Assembly: GCA_964016885.1 (NCBI GenBank)
Contig: OZ024742.1
Span: 365,242,001 to 365,306,000 of the forward strand
Direction of reading: 5' to 3'
DNA from: Eledone cirrhosa
Taxonomy: Eukaryota
DNA length: 64,000 nucleotides
In this document: piece after piece, positions 40,986-56,738 of the stretch
How positions within the stretch are numbered: the first letter of the stretch is position 1
Layout of the letters: each line of letters begins with the position of its first letter
Program-made: the position numbers and the translations under genes
Notes under the pieces: generated by a model
Told to the model about the DNA's origin: nothing
What the model saw: the letters and a program-made list of their open reading frames with translations, nothing else
Databases searched by the model: none

Positions 40986-41043
<58 letters not shown>

Positions 41044-41045
<2 letters not shown>

Positions 41046-43045
41046 AACTTTGATAACTTTGATAGGTTTCGGCCAGTATTGGCCCAGGCCATGTCTAACT
41101 TGATAGCACCACCTGGCGAAGTCTTACAAATCAGTGTTTGGGCACCATGGCCCACTCAAGCAGAGAGTTATTGTTTACGGGGGCGTATCCGGGTGTAGGA
41201 GGATTATCCGGGATTTCTTGAAGGAATTTATCCAAATACTTCTTGAACTTGGTGGGGTCTGTCTCTGCTTTGATGTGTTTTGGTGTAATGTGAAAGAGAG
41301 AAGGGCCAATTGAGGTGAAATAATTGTGCCGTATTGTTGTTATGTGATGCGAGTGAGACTTTTGTCGTGGGCGGATAGCACGGGGCCCAACCTTGGGTGT
41401 ACACTGAAGGTGATGCCAACATCATTTGGGCAAAGCTGCTGGAATATTTTCCACATCATACAGATAATGTAGTGCTCACGGCGACGTTGGAGAGAATAAA
41501 GTTTGCGCTTTTCTTATCGACTCCAATAGTCAAGGCCTGTCACCCCATCTATCTTTTTTGTAATTGACCTTTGGGGTGCTTCAACTTTCATGATACTTTG
41601 TTTCGTGTGGGGTGACCACAGTGGACAACAGTATTCAAGGTGGAGTCAGGCAAAAGTGGAGAAGAGAAGGACAACAGTGTGGATATCTCTCGACTGGAAA
41701 GTTCTGAGAATCCAGGAACACATTCTGCGGGCCATATCAACTTTGCTGTTTATATGAATGGCCCAGCTTATATAGTTGTCCACAATTACTCCCAGGTCTC
41801 TGATGTTATTGGATGCCACTAGAGTTTCACCCGAAGGAAGAGAGTATGGTAGTTTCAGGGCATTCTTTTTTCCAAAGTGGATTAATTCAAATTTATCCTC
41901 ATTCAACAGCATATTATTCATTTCTGCCCATTGGATAACAACCAGTAGGTCTGACTGAAGGCAAGTCCAGTCACCCACCTCATTGATGACCCTTTGGAGC
42001 TTGGAATCATCTGCGAAGATTCTGATGTTGCTGTGCTTGATGATGTCAGTAATGTCATTAATGTAGATGATGAAAAGAAGTGGGCCCAACACAGTGCCTT
42101 GTGGGACGCCACTGCTGATTTTGGCAGGGCGTGATTTTACTCCTTCTACTACAACATGCTGGGTTCTGTCTGTCAGGAAACATTTGATCCACTGTAGTAA
42201 CCTTCCAGAGACACCAACATTGGATAGTTTTTTTCAGTAGAATCTTATGATCAACCCTGTCGAAGGTCTTGCAAGGTAGATGACATCAGTGTTGGAGCCC
42301 TCTCCCAAATCTCTCAAAACATCGTCAAAGTGATGCAGGAGCTGCGTTAGGCAGTCCCTTCCATTACGGAACCCATGTTGGTTGGAGTTCAGGAGGCCAT
42401 TGCTTTCAAGAAAGTGGGTTATTCGTGATCTCAACACCCTCTCAAATATCTTGATAATATGAGATGTGAGTGAGATGGGACGGTAGTTCACTGCAAGGGA
42501 CTTATTTCCCTTTTGAAGCCTGGGACAGAAAGTTTTCAGGAATATAGCCAGTGTCCAGTGAGATCCTACACAGATTAGCAAGAGGAGATGCAAGTTAGTG
42601 TCGACACATCTTCAGGACACAAGCAGGGAACCTGTCAGGGCCTACTGCTGAATTGTGTTTAATTTCGTTTATTGCCGCTAAGACATCAGGGACGCCAAAC
42701 GTTATGTCTGATATAGTGTGTTGGGGGTTAACATCACTGATACGGCCCAGATCTGCCATATCAGGATTGCTAAAAACAGAGCAGTATTGTTTCTGCAGTA
42801 TCTCGCCCATGGTTTGGCATTGTCTTGGAGTGTGCCATTTTCATCAACTAGGGGCCAACAGTGGAGACGGTGACCTTGTGTTTTTTAGCAAATGAAAAGA
42901 ACACTTTGGGGTTGAGTTTGATTTTCTCAATGGCCCACCTCTCTTCAGCTATTCTCTGGTTATTGATGATGGTCATCATGCATTGCTGGAGGTTATATTT
43001 TTTTGTCTCAAGCAGGGTGATAGCCATTGAATGTGTCTGTTGCTG
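41044..43045 (-). mobile_element. CR1-group LINE, truncated and deleted
   Basis: NYRPISLTS, QHGFR, GVPQG.VLGPLLFIIYIND, IFADDSKL; short tandem 3' tail TATCAAAGT. Confidence 0.88.
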
Positions 43046-43079
<34 letters not shown>

Positions 43080-43115
43080 TTTGATATATTTATTTATATA
43101 TGTCAATGAATCATG

Positions 43116-43167
<52 letters not shown>

Positions 43168-43168
<1 letters not shown>

Positions 43169-43397
43169 TAGGGCGGGTAAAATTTCCGAGATCCATGGAC
43201 GAGTTCTCTCCAGCGGTCTCTGTCCATCATTATCGCTGCCATGTCCTGCGTCTCCAACAGACCAGTATCTGTCCTTAGGGCATCAACATACGTTAACCTT
43301 GGTCTTACTCTTCCAGTGTGTCCATGTAGGGGCTCCCACAGGAGCACTGAGTGCAATGTCAACTCTGGGTGGCGGTGAGCATATCCAGCTAACCTCA
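43168..43397 (-). mobile_element. RTE-X-like LINE 3' fragment; inverted twin at 43966-44182 (+)
   Basis: [36 protein letters not shown]. Confidence 0.7.
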
Positions 43398-43449
43398 TAT
43401 ACATATTTATATTTATTTATATGCATAAGGAAAGTATATACTTTCAGAC

Positions 43450-43536
43450 GTTCAACCATCTGGCAGGAAGGTATACGTTGCTGACGATAGCTAATAAGCT
43501 TGAAACTAGTACAGCGTTCCTTTTTCAGTGTTGAAC
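43450..43536 (+). ncRNA. Type I hammerhead ribozyme (family K, diverged copy)
   Basis: ACGTTG-CTGACGA-T-AGCT(AATA)AGCT-T-GAAA-CTAG-TA-CAGCGT. Confidence 0.88.
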
Positions 43537-43780
43537 AAATGAGCAACGATGGTTGTTAGACACTGTACGGCTTAATTCGGGATGTTTGTTTACAAACACA
43601 CCAAGCATTATAATAAATGTTCGGTGAATCCATACGTACATATATATATATATGTGTGCATGTATGTATATATACATACTACTGTACGTCTGTATACATA
43701 TATGTATGTACGTATACATACTTATATTTAAGTAACAGCCGTACCAAGAGTGAGAAATGAAATTTCGTTTCATTTTTTCC

Positions 43781-43894
<114 letters not shown>

Positions 43895-44183
43895 GTATAT
43901 ATATATATATATTAATAAATATAAATAAATATTTATATATATATGTATATATATAAATATATATATGAGGTTAGCTGGATATGCTCACCGTCACCCAGAG
44001 TTGACATTGCACTCAGTGCTCCTGTGTGAGCCCCTACATGGACACACTGGAAGAGGATGACCAAGGTTCATGTATGTTGATGCCCTAAGGACAGATACTG
44101 GTCTGTTGGAGACGCAGGACATGGCAGCGATAATGAGGGACAGAGACCGCTGGAAAGAACTCCTCCATGGATCTCGGGAATTT

Positions 44184-44760
44184 TATATTATGTAACTATA
44201 TTTATCCCATTACAGAAACTAATTAGTTGGAGTGAAAATTTTAGTAAGTAAGTTGATTTTTAATTTTTTTAATTTTCTTATTTTACGTCTTTCATATAAT
44301 TGTTCTGCATTCACCTGCATAGAACCACATAGGTACTAAGACATAACTTATATATTTGCTAGCATGAGTGTACATCTGTACACATATGTTGGTAGATGTA
44401 CTAATTTTCTATATTTAACTCCAAATTATTTGTTGAGCAAAACTTGCCAAAATTTACTGCTGTTTCATGGTAGTAGTAGGCTCTTGTCATAATACCACCC
44501 CTCTCCTAACTGATTAACCTCGGTGTCACGTGATTGATTCTTTAGAATCTGCCACTGACCAGAGGCAGTGAAATTTTTTCAGTGCTCCGGAATTTAGTCC
44601 TCGCTAGCTTCATTCAATCTACTGAATTATTATTTTTATATGGGTTCCTAGTGTCCGCGCATTGCCTGGGAACTTAGCTGAGAATAGACTACCTGATGAC
44701 GTAATGAATTCTCTATAGTTATATATATTATGTAACTATATTTATCCCATTACAGAAACT
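44184..44760 (+). mobile_element. Circularly permuted 540-bp relative of the 561-bp retrozyme-like unit
   Basis: 37-bp direct terminal repeat (44184-220 = 44724-760). The hammerhead is split across the ends, with CTGATGA at 44693. Confidence 0.8.
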
Positions 44761-44798
44761 GGGTAGGATATTAAAATTTAGGAAAAACATTTTAGGCA

Positions 44799-44887
<89 letters not shown>

Positions 44888-45708
44888 ATTTATATGAAAA
44901 GGAATATTGTATTTTTCTTGAGTGAGCGATAAACTAGGAATCTGAATCGAATCTCCAGACACAAATTGACCTTATTTTAACGAATGTTTAGATAATTGAG
45001 TCCATTAGGTTCCACCTAGGGCACATGTACCACTACAGAGAGAAGCTTTCAGACAATTCTACACCACTTCCAGTTTCTACATCAATCAGAAACGGAAAAT
45101 TGGAAACTTCTGACATGCTTGACATGTCCCAAGAGCTCCAGTAAAGTGTTTGTGTATGAGTGTGTGTGTGTGTATATGTATGTATGTGTGTGTATGTGCG
45201 TTTGTCCGTGTGTGCGTATCTATATGTGTGAAAGAGTGTGTGTGTGCCCGAGTATGTGTATCTATGTGTGTGAGAGTCTGTTGTATCTCAGTCGGTTCCG
45301 ACGATGGTGGCACCAGTTGCTCGATCAACTGAGCAGCTAGTTGAGGAAGAAGATATGCAAGTGGCTGAGCATTCCACATGAAAATGTGCCGAGTCCATCA
45401 ATAGTCCAGAGTCCATGCTTTGTTCATGGCGTTAACTGATGAGATTGTTTATATTGATGTTAATGTTTGCAGGAAATGTCAATGTAGAGCTGGTGGTTTA
45501 TCGGTTCTGGAAAACCAATTGAGACATGATTTTTTATCGTTAAGTCAAGAGGAGTTGTAGTGCAGATAACCTCTTTCGCGGCACCCGAGTCAGCTGACAT
45601 AGAAGCGGGTGGTCATCATTCTAGCAGTTGTTGTCTATCAAATTTCAATCCTAAGGTGTGGTTCAACACATGCCCTGAACTCGAAACCACAGGATTGTGG
45701 ATCAAATT

Positions 45709-48700
45709 CCTACCCGATACTGCTGTATATGTACCTACCCGACACTGCTGTGTATGTACCACCTGACACTGCTGTGTATGTACCTACCCGACACTTCTGT
45801 ATATGTACCTACCCGACACTTCTGTATATGTACCTACTCGACACTGCTGTATATGTACCTACCCGACACTGCTGTGTATGTACCTACCCGACACTGCTGT
45901 ATATGTACCTACCCGACACTTCTGTATATGTACCTACCCGACACTGCTGTATATGTACCTACCCGACACTTCTGTATATGTACCTACTCGACACTTCTGT
46001 ATATGTACCTACCCGACACTGCTGTGTATGTACCTACCCGACACTGCTGTATATGTACCTACGCGACACTTCTGTATATGTACCTACCGACACTGCTGAA
46101 TATGTACCTACCCGACACTAATGTGTATTACCTACCCGACACTGCTGTATATGTACCTACCCGAGACTACTGTGTATGTAGCTACCAGACACTAATGTGT
46201 ATGTACCTACCGACACTGCTGTGTATGTACCTACCCGACACTGCTGTATATGTACCTACCCGACACTGCTGTGTATGTACCTACCCTACACTGCTGTGTA
46301 TGTAGCTACCCGACACTACTGTGTATGTACCTACCCGACACTGCTGTATATGTACCTACATGACACTGCTGTGTATGTACCTACCCGACACTGCTGTGTA
46401 TGTACCTACCCGACACTGCTGTATATGTACCTACCCGACACTGCTGTGTATGTACCTACCCTACACTGCTGTGTATGTACCTACCCGACACTGCTGTGTA
46501 TGTACCTACCCGACACTGCTGTGTATGTACCTACCCGACACTGCTGTATATGTACCTACCCGACACTTCTGTGTATGTACCTACCTGACACTGCTGTCTA
46601 TGTACCTACCGACACTGCTGTGTATGTACCTACCCGACACTGCTGTGTATGTACCTACCCGACACTGCTGTATATGTACCTACCCGACACTTCTGTGTAT
46701 GTACCTACCTGACACTGCTGTGTATGTACTTACCCGACACTGCTGTGTATGTACCTACCCGACACTGCTGTGTATGTACCTACCCGACACTGCTGTATAT
46801 GTACCTACCCGACACTGCTGTGTATGTACCAACCCGACACTGCTGTATATGTACCTACCCGAGACTGCTGTATATGTACCTACTGACACTGCTGTATATG
46901 TACCTACCCGACACTGCTGTGTATGTACCTACCCGACACTGCTGTGTATGTACCACCAGACACTGCTGTGTATGTACCTACCCGACACTGCTGTATATGT
47001 ACCTACCCGACACTGCTGTGTATGTACCTACCCTACACTGCTGTGTATGTACCTACCCGACACTACTGTGTATGTACCTACCCGACACTGCTGTATATGT
47101 ACCTACCTGACACTGCTGTGTATGTACCTACCCGACACTGCTGTGTATGTACCTACCCGACACTGCTGTGTATGTACCTACCGACACTGCAGTATATGTA
47201 CCTACCCGACACTGCTGTATATGTACCTACCCGACACTGCTGTGTATGTACCTACCGACACTGCTGTGTATGTACCTACCCGACACTGCTGTGTATGTAC
47301 CTACACGACACTGCTGTGTATGTACCTACCAGACACTGCTGTGTATGTACCTACCCGACACTGCTGTGTATGTACCTACCCGACACTGCTGTATATGTAC
47401 CTACCCGACACTTCTGTGTATGTACCTACCTGACACTGCTGTCTATGTACCTACCGACACTGCTGTGTATGTACCTACCCGACACTGCTGTGTATGTACC
47501 TACCCGACACTGCTGTATATGTACCTACCCGAGACTACTGTGTATGTAGCTACCAGACACTAATGTGTATGTACCTACCGACACTGCTGTGTATGTACCT
47601 ACCCGACACTGCTGTATATGTACCTACCCTACACTGCTGTGTATGTAGCTACCCGACACTACTGTGTATGTACCTACCCGACACTGCTGTATATGTACCT
47701 ACATGACACTGCTGTGTATGTACCTACCCGACACTGCTGTGTATGTACCTACCCGACACTGCTGTATATGTTCCTACCCGACACTGCTGTGTATGTACCT
47801 ACCCTACACTGCTGTGTATGTACCTACCCGACACTGCTGTGTATGTACCTACCCGACACTGCTGTGTATGTACCTACCCGACACTGCTGTATATGTACCT
47901 ACCCGACACTTCTGTGTATGTACCTACCTGACACTGCTGTCTATGTACCTACCGACACTGCTGTGTATGTACCTACCCGACACTGCTGTGTATGTACCTA
48001 CCCGACACTGCTGTATATGTACCTACCCGACACTTCTGTGTATGTACCTACCTGACACTGCTGTGTATGTACCTACCGACACTGCAGTGTATGTACCTAC
48101 CCGACACTGCTGTGTATGTACCTACCCGACACTGCTGTGTATGTACCTACCCGACACTGCTGTATATGTACCTACCCGACACTGCTGTGTATGTACCAAC
48201 CCGACACTGCTGTATATGTACCTACCCGAGACTGCTGTATATGTACCTACTGACACTGCTGTATATGTACCTACCCGACACTGCTGTGTATGTACCTACC
48301 CGACACTGCTGTGTATGTACCACCAGACACTGCTGTGTATGTACCTACCCGACACTGCTGTATATGTACCTACCCGACACTGCTGTGTATGTACCTACCC
48401 TACACTGCTGTGTATGTACCTACCCGACACTACTGTGTATGTACCTACCCGACACTGCTGTATATGTACCTACCTGACACTGCTGTGTATGTACCTACCC
48501 GACACTGCTGTGTATGTACCTACCCGACACTGCTGTGTATGTACCTACCGACACTGCAGTATATGTACCTACCCGACACTGCTGTATATGTACCTACCCG
48601 ACACTGCTGTGTATGTACCTACCGACACTGCTGTGTATGTACCTACCCGACACTGCTGTGTATGTACCTACACGACACTGCTGTGTATGTACCTACCAGA

Positions 48701-51700
48701 CACTGCTGTGTATGTACCTACCCGACACTGCTGTGTATGTACCTACCCGACACTGCTGTATATGTACCTACCCGACACTTCTGTGTATGTACCTACCTGA
48801 CACTGCTGTCTATGTACCTACCGACACTGCTGTGTATGTACCTACCCGACACTGCTGTGTATGTACCTACCCGACACTGCTGTATATGTACCTACCCGAG
48901 ACTACTGTGTATGTAGCTACCAGACACTAATGTGTATGTACCTACCGACACTGCTGTGTATGTACCTACCCGACACTGCTGTATATGTACCTACCCTACA
49001 CTGCTGTGTATGTAGCTACCCGACACTACTGTGTATGTACCTACCCGACACTGCTGTATATGTACCTACATGACACTGCTGTGTATGTACCTACCCGACA
49101 CTGCTGTGTATGTACCTACCCGACACTGCTGTATATGTTCCTACCCGACACTGCTGTGTATGTACCTACCCTACACTGCTGTGTATGTACCTACCCGACA
49201 CTGCTGTGTATGTACCTACCCGACACTGCTGTGTATGTACCTACCCGACACTGCTGTATATGTACCTACCCGACACTTCTGTGTATGTACCTACCTGACA
49301 CTGCTGTCTATGTACCTACCGACACTGCTGTGTATGTACCTACCCGACACTGCTGTGTATGTACCTACCCGACACTGCTGTATATGTACCTACCCGACAC
49401 TTCTGTGTATGTACCTACCTGACACTGCTGTGTATGTACCTACCGACACTGCAGTGTATGTACCTACCCGACACTGCTGTGTATGTACCTACCCGACACT
49501 GCTGTATATGTACCTACCCGACACTGCTGTGTATGTACCAACCCGACACTGCTGTATATGTACCTACCCGAGACTGCTGTATATGTACCTACTGACACTG
49601 CTGTATACGTACCTACCCGACACTGCTGTGTATGTACCTACCCGACACTGCTGTGTATGTACCACCAGACACTGCTGTGTATGTACCTACCCGACACTGC
49701 TGTATATGTACCTACCCGACACTGCTGTGTATGTACCTACCGACACTGCTGTGTATGTACCTACCCGACACTGCTGTGTATGTACCTACACGACACTGCT
49801 GTGTATGTACCTACCAGACACTGCTGTGTATGTACCTACCCGACACTGCTGTGTATGTACCTACCTGACACTGCTGTGTATGTACCTACCCGACATTGCT
49901 GTATATGTACCTACATGACACTGCTGTATATGTACCTACATGATACTGCTGTGTATGTACCTACCCGACACTGCTGTGTATGTACCTACCCGACACTGCT
50001 GCGTATGTACCTACCCGACACTGCTGTATATGTAGCACCAGACACTAATGTGTATGTACCTACCGGCTCTGCTGTGTATGTACCTACCCGACACTAATGT
50101 GTATGTACCTACCCGACACTGCTGTGTATGTACCTACCCGACACTGCTGTATATGTAGCACCAGACACTGCTGTGTATGTACCTACCGGCTCTGCTGTGT
50201 ATGTACCTACCCGACACTAATGTGTATGTACCTACCCGACACTGCTGTGTATCTACCTACCCGACACTGCTGTATATGTAGCACCAGACACTAATGTGTA
50301 TGTACCTACCGGCTCTGCTGTGTATGTACCTACCCGACACTAATGTGTATGTACCTACCCGACACTGCTGTGTATGTACCTACCCGACACTGCTGTGTAT
50401 GTACCTACCCGACACTGCTGTGTATGTACCTACCCGACACTTCTGTATATGTACCTACCCGACACTGCTGTATATGTACCTACCCGACACTTCTGTATAT
50501 GTACCTACTCGACACTTCTGTATATGTACCTACCCGACACTGCTGTGTATGTACCTACCCGACACTGCTGTATATGTACCTACGCGACACTTCTGTATAT
50601 GTACCTACCGACACTGCTGAATATGTACCTACCCGACACTAATGTGTATTACCTACCCGACACTGCTGTATATGTACCTACCCGAGACTACTGTGTATGT
50701 AGCTACCAGACACTAATGTGTATGTACCTACCGACACTGCTGTGTATGTACCTACCCGACACTGCTGTATATGTACCTACCCGACACTGCTGTGTATGTA
50801 CCTACCCTACACTGCTGTGTATGTAGCTACCCGACACTACTGTGTATGTACCTACCCGACACTGCTGTATATGTACCTACATGACACTGCTGTGTATGTA
50901 CCTACCCGACACTGCTGTGTATGTACCTACCCGACACTGCTGTATATGTACCTACCCGACACTGCTGTGTATGTACCTACCCTACACTGCTGTGTATGTA
51001 CCTACCCGACACTGCTGTGTATGTACCTACCCGACACTGCTGTGTATGTACCTACCCGACACTGCTGTATATGTACCTACCCGACACTTCTGTGTATGTA
51101 CCTACCTGACACTGCTGTGTATGTACTTACCGACACTGCTGTGTATGTACCTACCCGACACTGCTGTGTATGTACCTACCCGACACTGCTGTATATGTAC
51201 CTACCCGACACTGCTGTGTATGTACCAACCCGACACTGCTGTATATGTACCTACCCGAGACTGCTGTATATGTACCTACTGACACTGCTGTATATGTACC
51301 TACCCGACACTGCTGTGTATGTACCTACCCGACACTGCTGTGTATGTACCACCAGACACTGCTGTGTATGTACCTACCCGACACTGCTGTATATGTACCT
51401 ACCCGACACTGCTGTGTATGTACCTACCCTACACTGCTGTGTATGTACCTACCCGACACTACTGTGTATGTACCTACCCGACACTGCTGTATATGTACCT
51501 ACCTGACACTGCTGTGTATGTACCTACCCGACACTGCTGTGTATGTACCTACCCGACACTGCTGTGTATGTACCTACCGACACTGCAGTATATGTACCTA
51601 CCCGACACTGCTGTATATGTACCTACCCGACACTGCTGTGTATGTACCTACCGCCACTGCTGTGTATGTACCTACACGACACTGCTGTGTATGTACCTAC

Positions 51701-54700
51701 CAGACACTGCTGTGTATGTACCTACCCGACACTGCTGTGTATGTACCTACCCGACACTGCTGTATATGTACCTACCCGACACTTCTGTGTATGTACCTAC
51801 CTGACACTGCTGTCTATGTACCTACCGACACTGCTGTGTATGTACCTACCCGACACTGCTGTGTATGTACCTACCCGACACTGCTGTATATGTACCTACC
51901 CGAGACTACTGTGTATGTAGCTACCAGACACTAATGTGTATGTACCTACCGACACTGCTGTGTATGTACCTACCCGACACTGCTGTATATGTACCTACCC
52001 TACACTGCTGTGTATGTAGCTACCCGACACTACTGTGTATGTACCTACCCGACACTGCTGTATATGTACCTACATGACACTGCTGTGTATGTACCTACCC
52101 GACACTGCTGTGTATGTACCTACCCGACACTGCTGTATATGTTCCTACCCGACACTGCTGTGTATGTACCTACCCTACACTGCTGTGTATGTACCTACCC
52201 GACACTGCTGTGTATGTACCTACCCGACACTGCTGTGTATGTACCTACCCGACACTGCTGTATATGTACCTACCCGACACTTCTGTGTATGTACCTACCT
52301 GACACTGCTGTCTATGTACCTACCGACACTGCTGTGTATGTACCTACCCGACACTGCTGTGTATGTACCTACCCGACACTGCTGTATATGTACCTACCCG
52401 ACACTTCTGTGTATGTACCTACCTGACACTGCTGTGTATGTACCTACCGACACTGCTGTGTATGTACCTACCCGACACTGCTGTGTATGTACCTACCCGA
52501 CACTGCTGTATATGTACCTACCCGACACTGCTGTGTATGTACCAACCCGACACTGCTGTATATGTACCTACCCGAGACTGCTGTATATGTACCTACTGAC
52601 ACTGCTGTATACGTACCTACCCGACACTGCTGTGTATGTACCTACCCGACACTGCTGTGTATGTACCACCAGACACTGCTGTGTATGTACCTACCCGACA
52701 CTGCTGTATATGTACCTACCCGACACTGCTGTGTATGTACCTACCCTACACTGCTGTGTATGTACCTACCCGACACTGCTGTGTATGTACCTACCGACAC
52801 TGCTGTGTATGTACCTACCCGACACTGCTGTGTATGTACCTACACGACACTGCTGTGTATGTACCTACCAGACACTGCTGTGTATGTACCTACCCGACAC
52901 TGCTGTGTATGTACCTACCTGACACTGCTGTGTATGTACCTACCCGACATTGCTGTATATGTACCTACATGACACTGCTGTATATGTACCTACATGACAC
53001 TGCTGTGTATGTACCTACCCGACACTGCTGTGTATGTACCTACCCGACACTGCTGCGTATGTACCTACCCGACACTGCTGTATATGTAGCACCAGACACT
53101 AATGTGTATGTACCTACCGGCTCTGCTGTGTATGTACCTACCCGACACTAATGTGTATGTACCTACCCGACACTGCTGTGTATGTACCTACCCGACACTG
53201 CTGTATATGTAGCACCAGACACTAATGTGTATGTACCTACCGGCTCTGCTGTGTATGTACCTACCCGACACTAATGTGTATGTACCTACCCGACACTGCT
53301 GTGTATGTACCTACCCGACACTGCTGTATATGTAGCACCAGACACTAATGTGTATGTACCTACCGGCTCTGCTGTGTATGTACCTACCCGACACTAATGT
53401 GTATGTACCTACCCGACACTGCTGTGTATGTACCTACCCGACACTGCTGTATATGTACCACCAGACACTAATGTGTATGTACCTACCCGACACTGCTGTG
53501 TATGTACCTACCCGACACTGCTGTATATGTACCACCAGACACTAATGTGTATGTACCTACCGACCCTGCTGTGTATGTACCTACCCGACACTGCTGTATA
53601 TGTACCTACTGACACTGCTGTATATGTACCTACCCGACACTGCTGTGTATGTACCTACCCGACTCTGCTGTGTATGTACCTTCCCGACACTGCTGTATAT
53701 GTACCTACCCGACACTGCTGTGTATGTACCAACCCGACACTGCTGTATATGTACCTACCCGAGACTGCTGTATATGTACCTACTGACACTGCTGTATATG
53801 TACCTACCCGACACTGCTGTGTATGTACCTACCCGACACTGCTGTATATGTACCACCAGACACTAATGTGTATGTACCTACCAGACACTGCTGTATATGT
53901 ACCACCAGACACTAATGTGTATGTACCTACCCGACACTGCTGTATATGTACCTACCCGACACTGCTGTGTATGTACCTACCCGACACTGCTGTATATGTA
54001 CCTACCAACACTGCTGTGTATGTACCTACCCTACACTGATGTATATGTACCTACCCGACACTGTTGTATATGTACCTACCCGACACTGCTGTATATGTAC
54101 CTACCCGACACTGCTGTGTATGTACCTACCGACACTGCTGAATATGTACCTACCAATACTGCTGTGTATGTACCTACCAGACACTTCTGTATATGTACCT
54201 ACCAACACTGCTGTATATGTACCTACCTGACACTGCAGTATATGTACCTACCCGAGACTGCTGTATATGTACCACCAGACACTAATGTGTATGTACCTAC
54301 CCGACACTGCTGTATATGTACCTACCCGACACTGCTGTGTATGTACCTACCCGACACTGCTGTATATGTGCCTACCCGACACTGCCGTGTATGTACCTAC
54401 CCGACACTGCTGTGTATGTACCTACCCGACACTGCAGTATATGTACCTACCCGACACTGATGTGTATGTACCTACTGACACTGCTGTGTATGTACCTACC
54501 CGACACTCCTGTATATGTACCTACCCGACACTGCTGTGTATGTACGACCTGGCACTTCTGTATATGTACCTACCCGACACTGCTGTGTATGTACCTACCC
54601 AACACTGCTGTATATGTACCTACCCGACACTGCTGTATATGTACCTACCCGACACTGCTGTGTATGTACCTACCGACACTGCTGTGTATGTACCTACCCG

Positions 54701-56396
54701 ACACTGCTGTATATGTACCTACCCGACACTGCTGTATATGTACCTACCCGACACTGCTGTGTATGTACCTACCCGACACTGCTGTGTATGTACCTACCGA
54801 CACTGCTGTGTATGTACCTACCCGACACTGCTGTGTATGTACCTACCCGACACTGCTGTGTATGTTTCTACCGACACTTCTGTGTATGTACCTACCCGAC
54901 ACTGCAGTATATGTACCTACCCGACACTGCTGTATATGTACCTACCCGACACTGCTGTGTATGTACCTACCGACACTGCTGTGTATGTACCTACCGACAC
55001 TTCTGTGTATGTACCTACCCGACACTGCTGTGTATGTACCTACCCGACACTGCTGTGTATGTTTCTACCGACACTTCTGTGTATGTACCTACCTGACACT
55101 GATGTGTATGTACCTACTGACACTGCTGTATATGTACCTACCGACACTTCTGTGTATGTACCTACCTGACACTGCTGTGTATGTACCTACTGACACTGCT
55201 GTGTATGTACCTACCCGACACTGCTGTATATGTACCTACCCGGCACTGCTGTGTATGTACCACCTGACACTGCTGTATATGTACCTACCCGACACTGCTG
55301 TGTATGTACCACCTGACACTGCTGTGTATGTACCTACCGACACTTCTGTGTATGTACCTACCCGACACTGCTGTATATGTACCTACCGACACTGCTGTGT
55401 ATGTACCTACCCGACACTGCTGTGTATGTACCTACCCGACACTGCTGTATATGTACCTACCCGACACTGCTGTGTATGTACAACCTGACACTGCTGTGTG
55501 TGTACCTACCCGACACTGCTGTGTATGTACCTACCCGACACTGCTGTGTGTGTACCTACCCGACACTGCTGTATATGTACCTACCGACACTGCTGTATAT
55601 GTACCTACCCGACTCTGCTGTGTATGTACCTACCAACACTGCTGTGTATGTACCTACCCGACACTGCTGTATATGTACCTACTGACACTGCTGTATATGT
55701 ACCTACCCGACACTGCTGTGAATGTACCTACCCTACACTGCTGTGTATGTACCTACCCGACACTGCTGTATATGTACCTACCGACACTGCTGTATATGTA
55801 CCTACCCGACACTGCTGTGTATGTACCTACTGACCCTGCTGTGTATGTACCTACCCGACACTGCTGTATATGTACCTACCTGACACTGCTGTGTATGTAC
55901 CTACCCGACACTGCTGTGTGTGTACCTACCCGACACTGCTGTATATGTAATTACCTGACACTGCTGTATATGTACCTACCGACACTGCTGTATATGTACC
56001 TACCCGACACTGCTGTGTATGTACCACCTGACACTGCTGTGTATGTACCTACCCGACACTGCTCTATATGTACCTACTGACACTGCTGTATATGTACCTA
56101 CCCGACACTGCTGTATATGTACCTACTGACCCTGCTGTGTATGTACCTACGCGACACTGCTGTATATGTACCTACCCGACACTGATGTATATGTACCTAC
56201 TGACACTGCTGTGTATGTACCTACCCGACACTGCTGTGTATGTTCCACCTGACACTGCTGTGTATGTACCTACTGACACTGCTGTATATGTACCTACCCG
56301 ACACTGCTGTATATGTACCTACCCGACACTGCTGTATATGTACCTACCCGTCACTGCTGTATATGTACCTACCCGACACTGCTGTATATGTACCTA
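45709..56396. repeat. 25-bp satellite/minisatellite CCTACCCGACACTGCTGTRTATGTA, about 430 units, with higher-order repeats
   Basis: Read directly; includes 24-bp variants; blocks recur at offsets of 1367, 3004 and 4521 bp. Confidence 0.98.
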
Positions 56397-56474
56397 TAGA
56401 TTTAAAATAATTCGAGCTTCGAAAACTTATTGCAATGAGTATAATATTCTTCAGCATTTTAATTGTTTTGTTAC

Positions 56475-56738
56475 AAAACTACATGTAACTACATCTAGAT
56501 CTACACTACAAGACCACATGTTACTATAGTTCTACACTACAAGACCACATGTTACTATAGTTCTACACTACAAGATCACATGTTACTATAGTTCTACATT
56601 ACAAAACCACAGGTTACTATAGTTCTACATTACAAAACCACATGTAACTATAGTTGTACACTACAAAACCACATGTTACTATATCTAGTTCCACACTACA
56701 AAACCACATGTTACTACATCTAGTTCTACGCTACAAAA
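56475..56738. repeat. 31-bp tandem repeat (CTACACTACAAGACCACATGTTACTATAGTT), about 8 copies
   Basis: Read directly. Confidence 0.9.

Noticed and set aside
45609-56529. Many long ORFs (MYLPDTAVYVPTRHCC...) and a CRISPR-like look
   Set aside because: Artefacts of a stop-free 25-bp unit read in all three frames. There are no unique spacers and no cas genes, and the context is eukaryotic.
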